Assembly (NCBI GenBank): GCA_963803435.1
Contig: CAWDML010000007.1
Location: 512,001 to 576,000, forward strand
Direction: 5' to 3'
DNA: 64,000 bases
Origin: an uncultured delta proteobacterium
Lineage (GTDB): Bacteria; Myxococcota; Kuafuiibacteriia; Kuafuiibacteriales; Kuafuiibacteriaceae
The notes beneath the pieces are model-generated. The model did no database searches. It saw only the letters and a program-made list of their open reading frames with translations, and was not told the DNA's origin. Shown one piece after another: positions 56,701-64,000 of this stretch. The translations under genes and the position numbers were made by a program. How positions within the stretch are numbered: the stretch's first letter is position 1; each line of letters begins with the position of its first letter.

Positions 56701-57089
56701 GCGATCATGCGGTTCGGCTCCTGAGGATTGGGCAGGCCCCCGAACTCGGGTGGGATGAAGCTCGCCTCGCAGACATTCGATGATCCGCAGAACTCGTTGA
56801 ACGTACATCCCTGCGCACACGAGTTGGCGAAGTAGAGGGCGCCGTTCTCCCCCACGTTCACATAGTCGTAGTCGTGGTCGTAGAAGCGGAACGTGAACCC
56901 GATCGGGATCAGCCGGGCCTCGTCGCCGAACGAGCCTGGACCGAGGATCAAATTCCCGCCGGCGAGCGGCGTGATCGGCTCGGAATATTGCACCGAGATG
57001 TACGGCGTCTGTGAGAAGAGGGATGCCAGCAGGATCGGCGCAACCACGGTCGCGGATATACAGGGATCTACAGGACTTGGGTGTTTCAA
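47703..57089 (-). CDS. Giant surface protein / putative three-part polyprotein: (NIDO-like + CARDB + He_PIG Ig + MYXO-CTERM) x2, then a lipoprotein with choice-of-anchor-D Ig repeats and a TolB-like propeller
   Basis: Single 3128-aa frame. CARDB (VD..N.V.E..E.NN) and putative Ig (G.LP.GL.L...G.I.G.P) repeats; two GGCGC-TM-Arg motifs; PD40-like repeats at the end. GTG at 57047 is a likely alternative start. Confidence 0.9.
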   Translation of the reverse strand: MKHPSPVDPCISATVVAPILLASLFSQTPYISVQYSEPITPLAGGNLILGPGSFGDEARLIPIGFTFRFYDHDYDYVNVGENGALYFANSCAQGCTFNEFCGSSNVCEASFIPPEFGGLPNPQEPNRMIAAFWDDLWIEQTAPASEIRYGLRGNAPNRELVVEWRNIRHFPDFFPPDSRISFQIRLEEGTDTIRLHYGGFTSGQSNIAWSGIIGIEDGTGTNAVFPLACGASATCSWVDLNGLNNQVLQISVPNAPELTGSVGAPHGAAPGATASFPVTAHNVGLQPTGTGFAADVYLSTDRNIVPGADTLLGTVSFGPLAAGATATATLTTTIPNITQAYYTVGAVIDSNNVINEPVETNNVVLAPGTFLVGRDLSASFPNHPGLPPGQNADVMFDLVNESSAIASVEWQVYLSTDTIRDPGDYLLASGASPAPASSSTRIVRNVPIPALAPGTYRLIAVVDPNNAVAEIDEFDNEVPSGPVLVGPDLAIFTILSPETSGAGATLPVTVLVQSEGSPVPSTGLEVYLSTDRTLDASDWLVFTGTVAAPSAETVPAQVPLTLGTGDYFLIARVDPSNAILEVSETNNLFVTVNTIRLIGPDLAAIDIDVPDPAFRGQPYRLRGTIENQGGSPLHGFYAGFYLSDNELITISDRLLTEVGPFDLEPGAALVVDETITFPTDVATAGYFIGFVADSRESITEEREINNIRRTSSRITVRDIAPDFMASEIIAPVSAGSGESFYVQRVLENRGNDAGTADFLIFLVLEGTSVRVAVLGHSSVSLEAGALDEGADLVTVPADVAPGDYRVEYSMDPEDLVEELDEGNNEARSSSPVTLEPAQLAIISGAPSLAVIGVDYEFDLVARGGTGPLTWSITQGSLPAGLALDPSSGRITGVPTTEGVSTFGIRVSDGALFHERAIAIRVIAPTVELRIVTRAVPPAFAGTAYDFPLVAIGGVEPYNYHVDPALPAGLALTGEGHISGTTATVAPALVYTFSVTDATGAEAETLIAFRVLSRDRSVRFGQSALPDGLVGEPYDAPLSAVGGIQPYTFALASGALPDGLSIANGRLAGLPSVVGTYIFELSVTDDAKDADRNLYVVRIEADAKIQFVTRSLPAGTVGDVYLDSDGDPVRIRAIAPGSTSSVSYALLDGELPPGLSLAPDGTLSGTPDSAGVFPFVVMASEPSGGIDLRAFGVVIDEPAKVTTDDGGCGCTAAGTGAAYSLLWILLLLPFAFRRRSFLPAVLLLAMVPSIAHAQATDAGPPPPPPPLDGGVGPDAGFDGGLPDGGGGPGSNTPYFITEYTEAYSVRSGGTVLQPFNADDGQATAALPFPFRFFDQTYNSVEVGTNGYVTFDFDGSSLGNQALPDQFSPNTLIALFWDDLISPQMSLTIEGTQPNRIAVIQWEGSYHFPGGTGELMSMQLWLYEGLAGRFEVHYGPMTGLTGAAFFDATAGFENQSGTVAYNLRSCSPTCSANDLQNLSGVVFRALQDAGEDVFATDIAPVDTVDPIRVYQALPFDVRLRVSSYHLEPLGPFQYAVHLVDPSSGELLMPAVLTSTAITLGPYEDRETVESVTIPLTTPPGRYRLALVVDSANALAEPNESNNVVMSRREILVGERRPDFTVGSVIPSQATAEPGGVLDVDLELRNAGNFDGATAWRVVLSGNSSPSVDDVIGSESAVDEPLPVGMTKPLNATLDIPADLTPGLYYVGVVVDPANTVRELNEVNNFGVSSMQVQIGQGALQILTTSLPIARLGLEYRTTLAASGATGEYTWSVAGGALPEGIALAPETGDLIGTPQAAGSYSVTFRATSGTATQDATFDLMVAPIDGPLTIVTRRLLPGIVGLVYPPRSEEEQRIVAVGGAGPATFTNTSSLPPGLMLDGDGFLHGVPQTAGDFYVDVEAFDGAVRVQREIPLTVVEPGRLTLIGEQLPDAVNGVVYAHQLVVIGDNPADPPIFSLAAGRIPSGLMLSGQGELSGTPNEGGAFVFNVEVREGSSGAKDSATFYLSVTAPTGLDIMPGSLPVATLNQAYEVVLTAQGGAGAIEWTLELADDLPRGLSDETVEIDGAMKLRIFGTPEELPEGGAVGMLVRAVDAEGRSKQAAYALSVIEPVVQTKPDEGGCGCSAAGPEAGGGIWWLVLAGLGLLLRRGRKGLRLSLLLVLTGACDCGDGGGLTELKPMLVAPERVDFHDVGLGIEKQASLVLENDGEGTLRIASRDLRSDLEDFRIVSVIPDSISAKQSVEVTLAFTPIQLGDSSGTLTIVADDDEHTHVIQLVGKGVVPGIEVQFAAPACDGVNGSLSFGSVAPGSIATVPLVLRAVGSQAVTVNASRVAENTSNEFGIEPVEEATVIAPGESLSLSATYQPSDTGTDTAAFIIETDAPGSRTVRIPVCGQGAAPTLCAEPLDLGRVAVGSNASGTIVVTNCGSDPVDVTGVSMSTNPASHPSYSVGTVSPSLPSTLAPGDTVDVEVRLVASTVGTREGWVHVVSTSPETPNVFFHVTAEVADTCGLDVVPGRLVFPSVLVGSSERRNVLLANAGSDPCAITRVAITSGASVFTLRDPFNVPRELAPGLSDVLVVRYAPTLPGAADVGVLEIEAGTRVHRIDLLGNPPLQPGCQLDVTPDYINWGTVNPGMSVTRSVLVKNIGISNCTLVGAELDAASSAAFTNVATQPGLLAPGMDVTVLVTFRARPTGTDMGTLRITTDDVDSPVFEVGLFGATAAPGICVLPRDVDFGMTMNGIETFRIWACGAQPVTITDLTFSRPDDEFTFDAPPALPAVLQPNEDRVITVHYTSADDVGDSAVITVGSNDPVEPLIRVNVVAGPVIVPPSAGRFIYYWQIDTFGPDQSNIMRIPLQGAPIPETFWGPRLNKPCSGCHGVSPDGRYVSLIEADTFTMQIIDTQTNVQVALPFQAPNAAYVTWNPDPNTNPPYQFAYDDGDRVHIASVVGGYIGELQGANDPVYGSKMPSWGPNHMIAFARGQPGGGWGFFGSADIMLVDENGGVPVPVSGASGGGGANYYPAFHPNGQWIAFTQSLSAQGTISAPDATVKLVAADQSGMVLDLPALNCAPGTCGSSFPTWSLDGEFLSFSSNRPGGAGGWDMYISDIDPISGAAMPPFNIVEANTPMFEHAARWSD

Positions 57090-57248
57090 CTTTCTGAGAG
57101 GAACCGTCGCTCCGCGCTCAACAACTCACGATCGAAAGCAGCCATGGGGCGCGCAAGGCGCCTTGCATGTCCGAGGTACGTATTTCCCCCCAGAGTAGGA
57201 CGATCGTTCCTTGGACGCGCTCAGCGGTCGGGGGCAGGATCCTTCGGC

Positions 57249-58505
57249 TTGAGCGGGCCGCGGATCATCTTGTGGGCGGCGCTCCTGGCCGGCGTGACCA
57301 CGCTCGCAGTGACCGTCATCTACCCGTCGCTGGTGATGAAGGAGGTCGCAGCGGTCGAACCGGTGGTGGCGGAGCCTCCGCGAATGATCGAGGTCCGCGT
57401 CCTCTCCGGCCGAGAGGTTCGCCGTCTTTGGATCCATTCGGGCGAGTGCCGCACGCAACCGCTCGGCGGGACGCGGGGGGCCTTCGACGTTCAGTCGGTG
57501 ATCCTTCGAGGCAATAAGATATGGACCTGCTCGGATGCCGACGTGAAGCGGCCCACCAAGGAGCGGTGCACCTGGGGCCAGCAGGTCCGGCTCGAATGCC
57601 TCGAGCCCGCCGTCGTGAGCGCCAAGGACGTCCCGCCCCGGCGCTACGGGCGCATCCTCCGGATGCGAATCAACTCGAAGACGCTTCGCGTAATCACGAA
57701 GGTGGAGCTCGAGCAGTACGTCGAGGACGTCGTGATGACCGAGCATCCGACGGCGCCCTTCGAGACCCGGCGCGTGCAGGCGATCGTCGCGCGTACGTTC
57801 GCGATGCACGCCATGGACGAGCCTCGGCACGATGACGCTCCGCTCTGCGACACGCAGCACTGCCAGGCCTACGCGAGCGCCGTTGAGCCAAAGCCGAACG
57901 AGCTGGCGGCCATGACGACCAAGAGCGTGGTGCTGGTGGACTCGCATCGGAAGCTGGCGCCGACGTTCTTCTCCAGCACCTGCGGGGGACGCACCCGGAA
58001 CGCGCAAGATGTCTGGCCGGGCAACTTCGTCGACGACATCGTTGGGATCCGCGACGTCGACTCGAAGGGGCACGCCTGGTGCCGCAAGAGCCCGAACTTT
58101 CACTGGACGCTCCAGGCGCCCGAGGACCGCGTCGCCAAGGCGGTCAGCAAGGCGGTGGAGAGGAAGGTCGACGCCCGCACGCTCGTGATCGATCGCGATG
58201 ACGACGCGGGCCTCCACTTCACGGTGAAGGACAAGCACGGGAAGTCCACCGTGCTCGCGAGCGGGCTCCACCGCGAGCTCGGCCGCGAGCTGGGGTTCAC
58301 GAAGTTCAAGTCCTCCGATTTCACCGCGACCCACAAGCGGCACCGATTCGTCTTCGAGGGACACGGGCTCGGTCATGGCGTGGGGCTCTGCCAATATGGA
58401 GCCGAGGCGCGGGCGCGGGCGGGACAGTCGGCCGAGGAGATCCTGGAGGCCTACTTCCCGAAGCTGGAGCTGGCGCACCTCGACGAGATCCGACCGCAGC
58501 TCTGA
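57249..58505 (+). CDS. SpoIID/LytB domain protein
   Basis: LEQYVEDVV..E, VQAIVARTFA, LCDTQHCQAY, FSSTCGGRT and GHGLGHGVGLCQYGA; N-terminal TM helix. Start uncertain. Confidence 0.92.
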   Translation: MSGPRIILWAALLAGVTTLAVTVIYPSLVMKEVAAVEPVVAEPPRMIEVRVLSGREVRRLWIHSGECRTQPLGGTRGAFDVQSVILRGNKIWTCSDADVKRPTKERCTWGQQVRLECLEPAVVSAKDVPPRRYGRILRMRINSKTLRVITKVELEQYVEDVVMTEHPTAPFETRRVQAIVARTFAMHAMDEPRHDDAPLCDTQHCQAYASAVEPKPNELAAMTTKSVVLVDSHRKLAPTFFSSTCGGRTRNAQDVWPGNFVDDIVGIRDVDSKGHAWCRKSPNFHWTLQAPEDRVAKAVSKAVERKVDARTLVIDRDDDAGLHFTVKDKHGKSTVLASGLHRELGRELGFTKFKSSDFTATHKRHRFVFEGHGLGHGVGLCQYGAEARARAGQSAEEILEAYFPKLELAHLDEIRPQL

Positions 58506-58518
58506 GCGGAGCCGCCGC

Positions 58519-59826
58519 TCAGATCAACGGCAGCCTGGAGTCCGCGACCGCCTCGACCGCCAGCAGCACGTCGGGATGCTCCGCCGCCAGCGCCTTGAAG
58601 TCTGCGACGGAGATCTCCAGCGCGAAGAGCTGCCCCGGCGAGGCGACCGTCGCCACCGCCGGCTCGGCCGAGAGGAGGGACATCTCACCGCAGAGCTCAC
58701 CGGGTCCGAGGATCGCCAGCTCGCGGCCGTCGCGGGTCACGCGGGCCTGTCCCGCCAGGATGATGATCAGCCCTCGCGCTTCCTGTCCCTGCTCGATCAA
58801 CACGGCCGGGTGGCGGGACTCGAGGAAGCGAAAGCGGTCGGTCAGCTCGCGGCGCTTCGCATACGGGAAGCGCTCGAACAGCGGGTTGGTGCGGATCAAG
58901 GTATCGACGAGACGGTCGCGCAGGAACCAGAGGAGGACCGTCATGACCTCCGGGTCCTCGTAGATCAGCTCGCTCACCGCGTGCCGATCGATCTCGATCA
59001 GCGTGGTCTCGGCGACCGCCCGAACCGTCGCGGTGCGGGGATGATCCGTGATCAGCGCGATCTCACCGAAGAACTCGCCTTCGTCGAGACGGCCCAGGAC
59101 ACGCGGCGGATCCTGCTGGAGCTGGACCTCGACCGCGCCGTCGGAGATCACGAAGAAGGACTCGCCCCGATCGCCCTGCCGGAAGACGGCGTCGCCCGGG
59201 GAGAGCGAGCGCACGTGGAGCCGGTCGATCAAGCGGCGGAAGCTGTCCTCGCGGAGCGCGGCGAAGAACGGCGTGAGCGGAAAGGTACCCACGATCTCAG
59301 CGGGAGTCGCTCGGTCGGTGTCGGCGAGGGCGTCGAACGCGCGGTCGACCTCGGCGTCGCTGATGATCCGGATGGCGCTGATCGCTTCGTCGCTCTCGAG
59401 ACCGAGCACGCGGGCGATCGACATCTCGCTGATCGGGACACCGTCCTCGATCTCGGCGCGGATGGGGACGGAGCGAACCTCGATCTTCGGCTTCGGATGA
59501 CCAGCCTCGCGCAGGCGGGGATGCAGGCGCCCGAGCCGGGAGACCACCTCGGGATCTTTCGGATCGAGATCGAGCATGCGCTTGCACATGACGATCGCCT
59601 GCATCACCTCGCCGGCGGCTGCGTAGCGATCGGCGGCGCGCATGAGGGCCTGCTGCTGTTGGGCGCGCTGCCCGGTGCTGCGGTAAACGTCGGCGATCCG
59701 TCGCGGCCAGAGGCCCTCCTGAGGCTCCTCGATCTGGAGCTGCTCGAGCGCCTCGAGCCCGGCACGGACATCGGCCCGGGCCAGGGCGTCATCAGCGCGG
59801 GCGCGGAGCTGATCGAGCCGGTTCAC
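58519..59826 (-). CDS. Tandem cyclic nucleotide-binding domain protein with TPR-like N-terminus
   Basis: FRQGDRGESFFVI...GEFFGEIALI..PRTATVRA, and a second GELCGEMSLL...ATV domain. Confidence 0.9.
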   Translation of the reverse strand: MNRLDQLRARADDALARADVRAGLEALEQLQIEEPQEGLWPRRIADVYRSTGQRAQQQQALMRAADRYAAAGEVMQAIVMCKRMLDLDPKDPEVVSRLGRLHPRLREAGHPKPKIEVRSVPIRAEIEDGVPISEMSIARVLGLESDEAISAIRIISDAEVDRAFDALADTDRATPAEIVGTFPLTPFFAALREDSFRRLIDRLHVRSLSPGDAVFRQGDRGESFFVISDGAVEVQLQQDPPRVLGRLDEGEFFGEIALITDHPRTATVRAVAETTLIEIDRHAVSELIYEDPEVMTVLLWFLRDRLVDTLIRTNPLFERFPYAKRRELTDRFRFLESRHPAVLIEQGQEARGLIIILAGQARVTRDGRELAILGPGELCGEMSLLSAEPAVATVASPGQLFALEISVADFKALAAEHPDVLLAVEAVADSRLPLI

Positions 59827-61390
59827 TCATTGGCTCACGAAGTAGAACGCCACCAGACCGCCGATCATCGCCAGCGCCAGGAGCGCGAAGAGGAGGCCCC
59901 GGGAGGTGGAGGTTCTCGGCGGGACGGTGATCGCGTCCTGCGACGGATCCATGTTCTCGGGCCAGAGCTTGGGGGGCACGACCACCGGCGGCGCCACCAC
60001 CTTGGGGGGATCGGGCGGAGCCACGACCTCCTCCACCGGCGCCTCGAAGTTCACCATCAGGTCCGGGGTCCGCGGCGGGCGCGCCTCCGGAGGCTTCTTC
60101 ATCGGCGGCGGCGGTGGCCGCGGGTCCAGCGTGCGGATCGGCTGCGGCGGCGGCGTCGGCGTCGGTCGCGACGCCTTCGGTTGCTCGAGCGGCGGGAGCG
60201 GCACGGGGTGGACGCTCTCGCCGTCCTGGCTTCGCGGGGGGACCGCGGGCCTGGAGACCTTCCCGCTCTCGCTGTCCTGGCTTCGCGAGAGGACGTCCGG
60301 CCTGGAGACCTTCCCGCTCTCGCCGTCCGGGCTTCGCGCGACGACGTCCGGCCTCGAGGCCTTGAGGCGTGCGGGCGTAGGCGGCGGACGGCGCGCGGGC
60401 GGCGGCGCGGGCGGCGGCGCGGCCGGGACGGGGCGCCTCGGCGACTCCTTCCTCGGCGCCGCGGGCGGGAGCGGGATCGCGAGATTGGACGAGACCGAGG
60501 CGGATGGCGGCGGCGGAAACCGCGGCGGCGGGGGGTGAGATCCGCGTGCGGGATTCGGCGTCACCGGCTCGGAGTCCTCCAGCTCGGGCTTGGGCTTCGG
60601 CTTCGGCTTGGGCTCCGGCTTGACGGTGGGCTCCGGCTTGACGGCGGGCTCCGGCTCGACCTCGAGCTCGACCTCGGCCGCCGCACCCGGCTCGTCGTCG
60701 ACCTCGACCTCGACCTCGATCCCGACCCGTCTCGGCCGTCTCGCTGACCGGAGGTGTCAGGACCTTCGCGGCAAGCGGCGGAGTCGCCGGCATCACCTTC
60801 GGCGGGAGCGGCTCCGACTCACCATCCGCCAGCGGGATCTCGACGACCGGCTCGTCCTTCTTCTTCTCGTCGCTGGTCACCTCGGCGAGCGCAGCTTCGA
60901 AGTCGAGCTGCTCGTCGATGGTCGGATGGTCCGGATCCGTGCCGCGCCGCGCTGCCTGCTCCTCGCGCTGGCGCATGCGTTGGTTCAGCTGCTCCTTGAA
61001 CGAGAGCGGCATCTGGCTGATCTGATTGCTGCCGGTGAGCATCTCCACCAGCGTCAGCAGCTCCTGCGACCCGAAGGGCTTGTTCACGTAGCCGTCGAGG
61101 TCGGTCTCGTCGGCGCGGCTCTCGTCGGGACCGTCCTGGCAGGCGAGCAACAGGATCGGAACGTCTTCGTTCTTCGCGATGGCTTTGATCTTCGAACCGA
61201 ACGCGTACCCGTCCATGTCGATCATGCGTTCATCGACGAGGATCAGATCGGGCGTATGCGTCCGCATCCATGCGAGCCCCGCGTTTCCGTTCTCCTTGGA
61301 GACGACGCGGTATTCGCTTCCTTCGAAAATCAGCTCGACGGCAGTCCGAATCGTTAGGCTGTCGTCGACGACGAGAAGTACTTTTCCCAC
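59827..61390 (-). CDS. Response regulator receiver + long Pro/Glu-rich linker + C-terminal TM helix (frameshift near 60727)
   Basis: LVVDDS, PDLILVD and KPF receiver motifs. After about 60727 the sensible frame (VGIEVEVEVDDEP...) continues to GLLFALLALAMIGGLVAFYFVSQ*. Confidence 0.8.
60214..60364. repeat. Three imperfect 51-bp tandem repeats (17-aa unit) inside the response regulator linker
   Basis: Units start at 60214, 60265 and 60316 (gctctcgcYgtccKggcttcgcg...); they encode KVSRPDVLSRSQDSESG-like units. Confidence 0.85.
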
Positions 61391-61594
61391 GTCTTCTCCG
61401 GCGGTTCGCGCGGGCGAGTATGACTCCGCTCTTTCGGCGTCGCCAGGTCACACTGGCAACGGAAAGGTTGTACATCTACCACCCGCTCTTCGCTGTCTCC
61501 CACGAATTCGCGAGGCGTTCAAGTTTGTGGGGCAGCTACAGCGCGCCTCCACTTGGATGTATAACGCTGGCTCCTCCACAGGGCGGCAAAAAGC

Positions 61595-63079
61595 ATGAGC
61601 TTCTTCTCGAGACTGTTCGGCAGATCGAAACCTCAAGAATCGACCGAAGAAACGCCACGAACCCAAGAGAACGGGAAACCAAACGGCAAGGTGCCGCCGG
61701 CGAAGCCATCACCGATCAGCGATGAGCGAGTGAAGCAGATCGAGGCACGCGCGCGGCAAGATGTGCCGGCCACCAAGCCGATCGTCGAGAAGCCGAAGCC
61801 GCAGGCGCCACCGCCCCCGGTGCTCGCGGCGACCGCCGCGGCCCCGATGGCGGCCGCCCAGGTCCGCCCTCAGGAGCCTCCACCTCCTCGCGCGGCGCCA
61901 CCGCCCGCGCCCACGCCGTCCGGCGATGCAAGCCAGCCTGCAGCGAAGCGCCCCACCTCGGGCCTCTTCAAGAAGCAGAAGCGGTCCAACTCGACCGGCG
62001 GCAAGCTGGAGGCGATCCCGAGCGCCGGCCTCGGGGCGGGCCCGCCCGTCCAGCCTGCGATTGCCATCCCCGTCTCCGTCAGCCCGACGCCCACCCCGGC
62101 AGCGACCGAATCGGGCAAAGACGGCCACGACGCCGGCGTTCTGGAGGCGCTGCTCGGCAACCTCGACAAGAGCTTCGACGCCATCCTCGCAGATCGATCC
62201 GAGTCGAGCTCGCCTGGATTCGACGCCGAGCCGAACACGGACGACTTCGACCGCCTCTCCGTCCTCGAGCTGTTCTTCGACATCGCGACCAATCACCTGC
62301 GCCCGGTGCGCAACTTCATGATCGAGCTTCACCTCGGCGACGTCCGGAAGGAGTGGGTTCAGATCGCGCAGCCGGCAGTGAAGAGCATCCAGAGCGCGGC
62401 CGAGCAGATCGACATCCCCGACCTCAAGCGGGCGCTCGACGACTTCGATGCCCTCCTGAGCCTCGCCACCGAGTCGCCGGGAGACACGATCGCCGGTGAG
62501 CTCCGCGAGGAGATGATCAACCACTATCGGCTGCTCCAATCGATCATGCCGCAGGCGTTCACGCTGCAGGAGGAGCGCGACCAGCGCGAGTCGCTGATCA
62601 TCCACTCGCTGCTGATGCAGGTGCCAGACGTTCGCAAGGTCACGATCGACAGGCTGTACCGGGCGGGCCTGAGCGCGCTCGAGGTGCTCTTCCTCGCGAC
62701 CACCGACGACCTCGCGGCCACCACGGGCATCCGCAAGATCCTGGCGCAGCGGATCGTCGACAAGTTCCAACTGTTCCGTCGGGAGTCCCGCGACTCGGTC
62801 CCCGACGCCGAGCAGTCGGCGCAGCGGAACAAGCTCCAGGAGCTGATCGCCGCGCTGCAGGATCAGCAGGCGAACTACGATCGGGCCACCGCCAAGCGAT
62901 CGATCGAGGAGAAGCGCGCACACCGTCTCGCCCGGCAAGGGATCCTGCTCGAGATCACCGTGGTGCTCGCGCAGCTCGGCGAGGTGGAGCTCGTAGAGCA
63001 GCTGGAGCGGCTGCCGTTCGAGAAGCGGATCGACCGGCTCAAGACCTACCTCGAAGAGCTCGAGACCAAGAAAGGCTAG
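61595..63079 (+). CDS. Hypothetical protein with Pro-rich N-terminus and helix-hairpin-helix-like domain
   Basis: LLMQVPDVRKVTIDRLYRAGL...DLAATTGIRKILAQRI resembles HhH motifs; coiled-coil C-terminus. Confidence 0.7.
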   Translation: MSFFSRLFGRSKPQESTEETPRTQENGKPNGKVPPAKPSPISDERVKQIEARARQDVPATKPIVEKPKPQAPPPPVLAATAAAPMAAAQVRPQEPPPPRAAPPPAPTPSGDASQPAAKRPTSGLFKKQKRSNSTGGKLEAIPSAGLGAGPPVQPAIAIPVSVSPTPTPAATESGKDGHDAGVLEALLGNLDKSFDAILADRSESSSPGFDAEPNTDDFDRLSVLELFFDIATNHLRPVRNFMIELHLGDVRKEWVQIAQPAVKSIQSAAEQIDIPDLKRALDDFDALLSLATESPGDTIAGELREEMINHYRLLQSIMPQAFTLQEERDQRESLIIHSLLMQVPDVRKVTIDRLYRAGLSALEVLFLATTDDLAATTGIRKILAQRIVDKFQLFRRESRDSVPDAEQSAQRNKLQELIAALQDQQANYDRATAKRSIEEKRAHRLARQGILLEITVVLAQLGEVELVEQLERLPFEKRIDRLKTYLEELETKKG

Positions 63080-63101
63080 AAGGAGGGGCGATCAGAAGGG
63101 T

Positions 63102-64000
63102 ATGGCAGATTTCACCAGAGAACAGTTATTGGAGGCCGCCAAGAAGGGCGATCGGCTCGACCGGGCCGATCTCAGCGGGCTGGACCTCTCGGGCGTCGAC
63201 CTCCGCGGCGTGAACCTGCGGCGCTCCGAGCTCGAAGGGACCATCCTCGAGAAGGCGAACCTTTCGAAGGCCGATTCTCTCGAACACGAGCCTGGTCGAG
63301 GCCTTCCTCGTCGAGGCGAACCTCTCCGGTGCCAACCTCGAAAAGGCCGATCTCGAGTGCGCGAACCTCAAGAACGCGAACCTCGAAGGCGCGCTCCTGA
63401 TGCGAGCGAACCTCGAGGGCGCGGAGCTCGAAGGCGCGAACTTGAGAGGGGCGACGCTGAGCGCGGCACAGATGGACTCGGCAAACCTGGGCGGTGCCGA
63501 CCTCTCCGGCGCGACCATCATTCACGCGGATCTCAAGGAGTCGTACTTCGGCGGCGCAAAGCTGATCGGGGCTGACCTCCGGGGCTCCACGCTGACGGCA
63601 GCGAACGTCGAGGAGGCCGACCTCACGGAGGCGAACCTCGACGACGCGGACCTGCGGAAGCTGATCACCGTGGGGGCCAAGATGGTGCGCGCGAGCCTGC
63701 GGGGCGCAAACCTCAGCGCGGTCGAGATCGCGAACGTGGATCTGGCGCAGGCGGACCTGCGCAAGGCGGATCTACGTCGGGCCAACCTCAAGGAGGTGCG
63801 GCTGACCGGCGCGAAGGTCTACGCGATCCAGACGGACGACGCCAACTTCAGCCAGATCAAGGCGGACTGGGTCGACGGCAGCCCGGAGGGTGACGGGTCG
63901 CAGCGCTTGACGGGCGAGCAGATCGCCGCCGCGCTGTCTGGGAAGGTGGCGCCGATCAGCGCCGCGTCGGTACCGGGGCGTCGCTATTTCGGCAGGGGTG
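63102..64000 (+). CDS. Pentapeptide repeat protein (frameshift near 63275; runs off the window end)
   Basis: A(D/N)LxG-type repeats; after 63277 the frame LSNTSLVEAFLVEANLSGANLEKADLE... stays open to the end. Confidence 0.9.

Overview
High-GC (about 70%) chromosomal window from a Myxococcota-like deltaproteobacterium. The evidence is MYXO-CTERM sorting motifs, many lipoproteins, an ECF/caspase module and a Ser/Thr kinase. About 50 genes are supported; no rRNA, tRNA or CRISPR array was seen. The main highlight is a 3128-aa ORF (47703..57089, minus) that reads as a polyprotein of three surface proteins. In both junctions a MYXO-CTERM anchor and its Arg-rich tail run straight into a new export signal (SPase I-type at the first, lipobox at the second), with no stop triplet in any frame. 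Other notable items: an ECF sigma/anti-sigma/exported caspase module that shares a matched pair of face-to-face promoter-like motifs with a divergent heme-protein/DUF1501 operon; an exported DUF2252 + porin + lamin-tail + HAD-phosphatase operon; and a CCTAGG-bounded inverted-repeat element holding four-helix-bundle and IS1182-like remnants. Many genes look leaderless. Six ORF lesions cluster at GATC sites and are probably sequencing artefacts linked to DNA modification. All family assignments come from motif recognition by eye, not from database searches.
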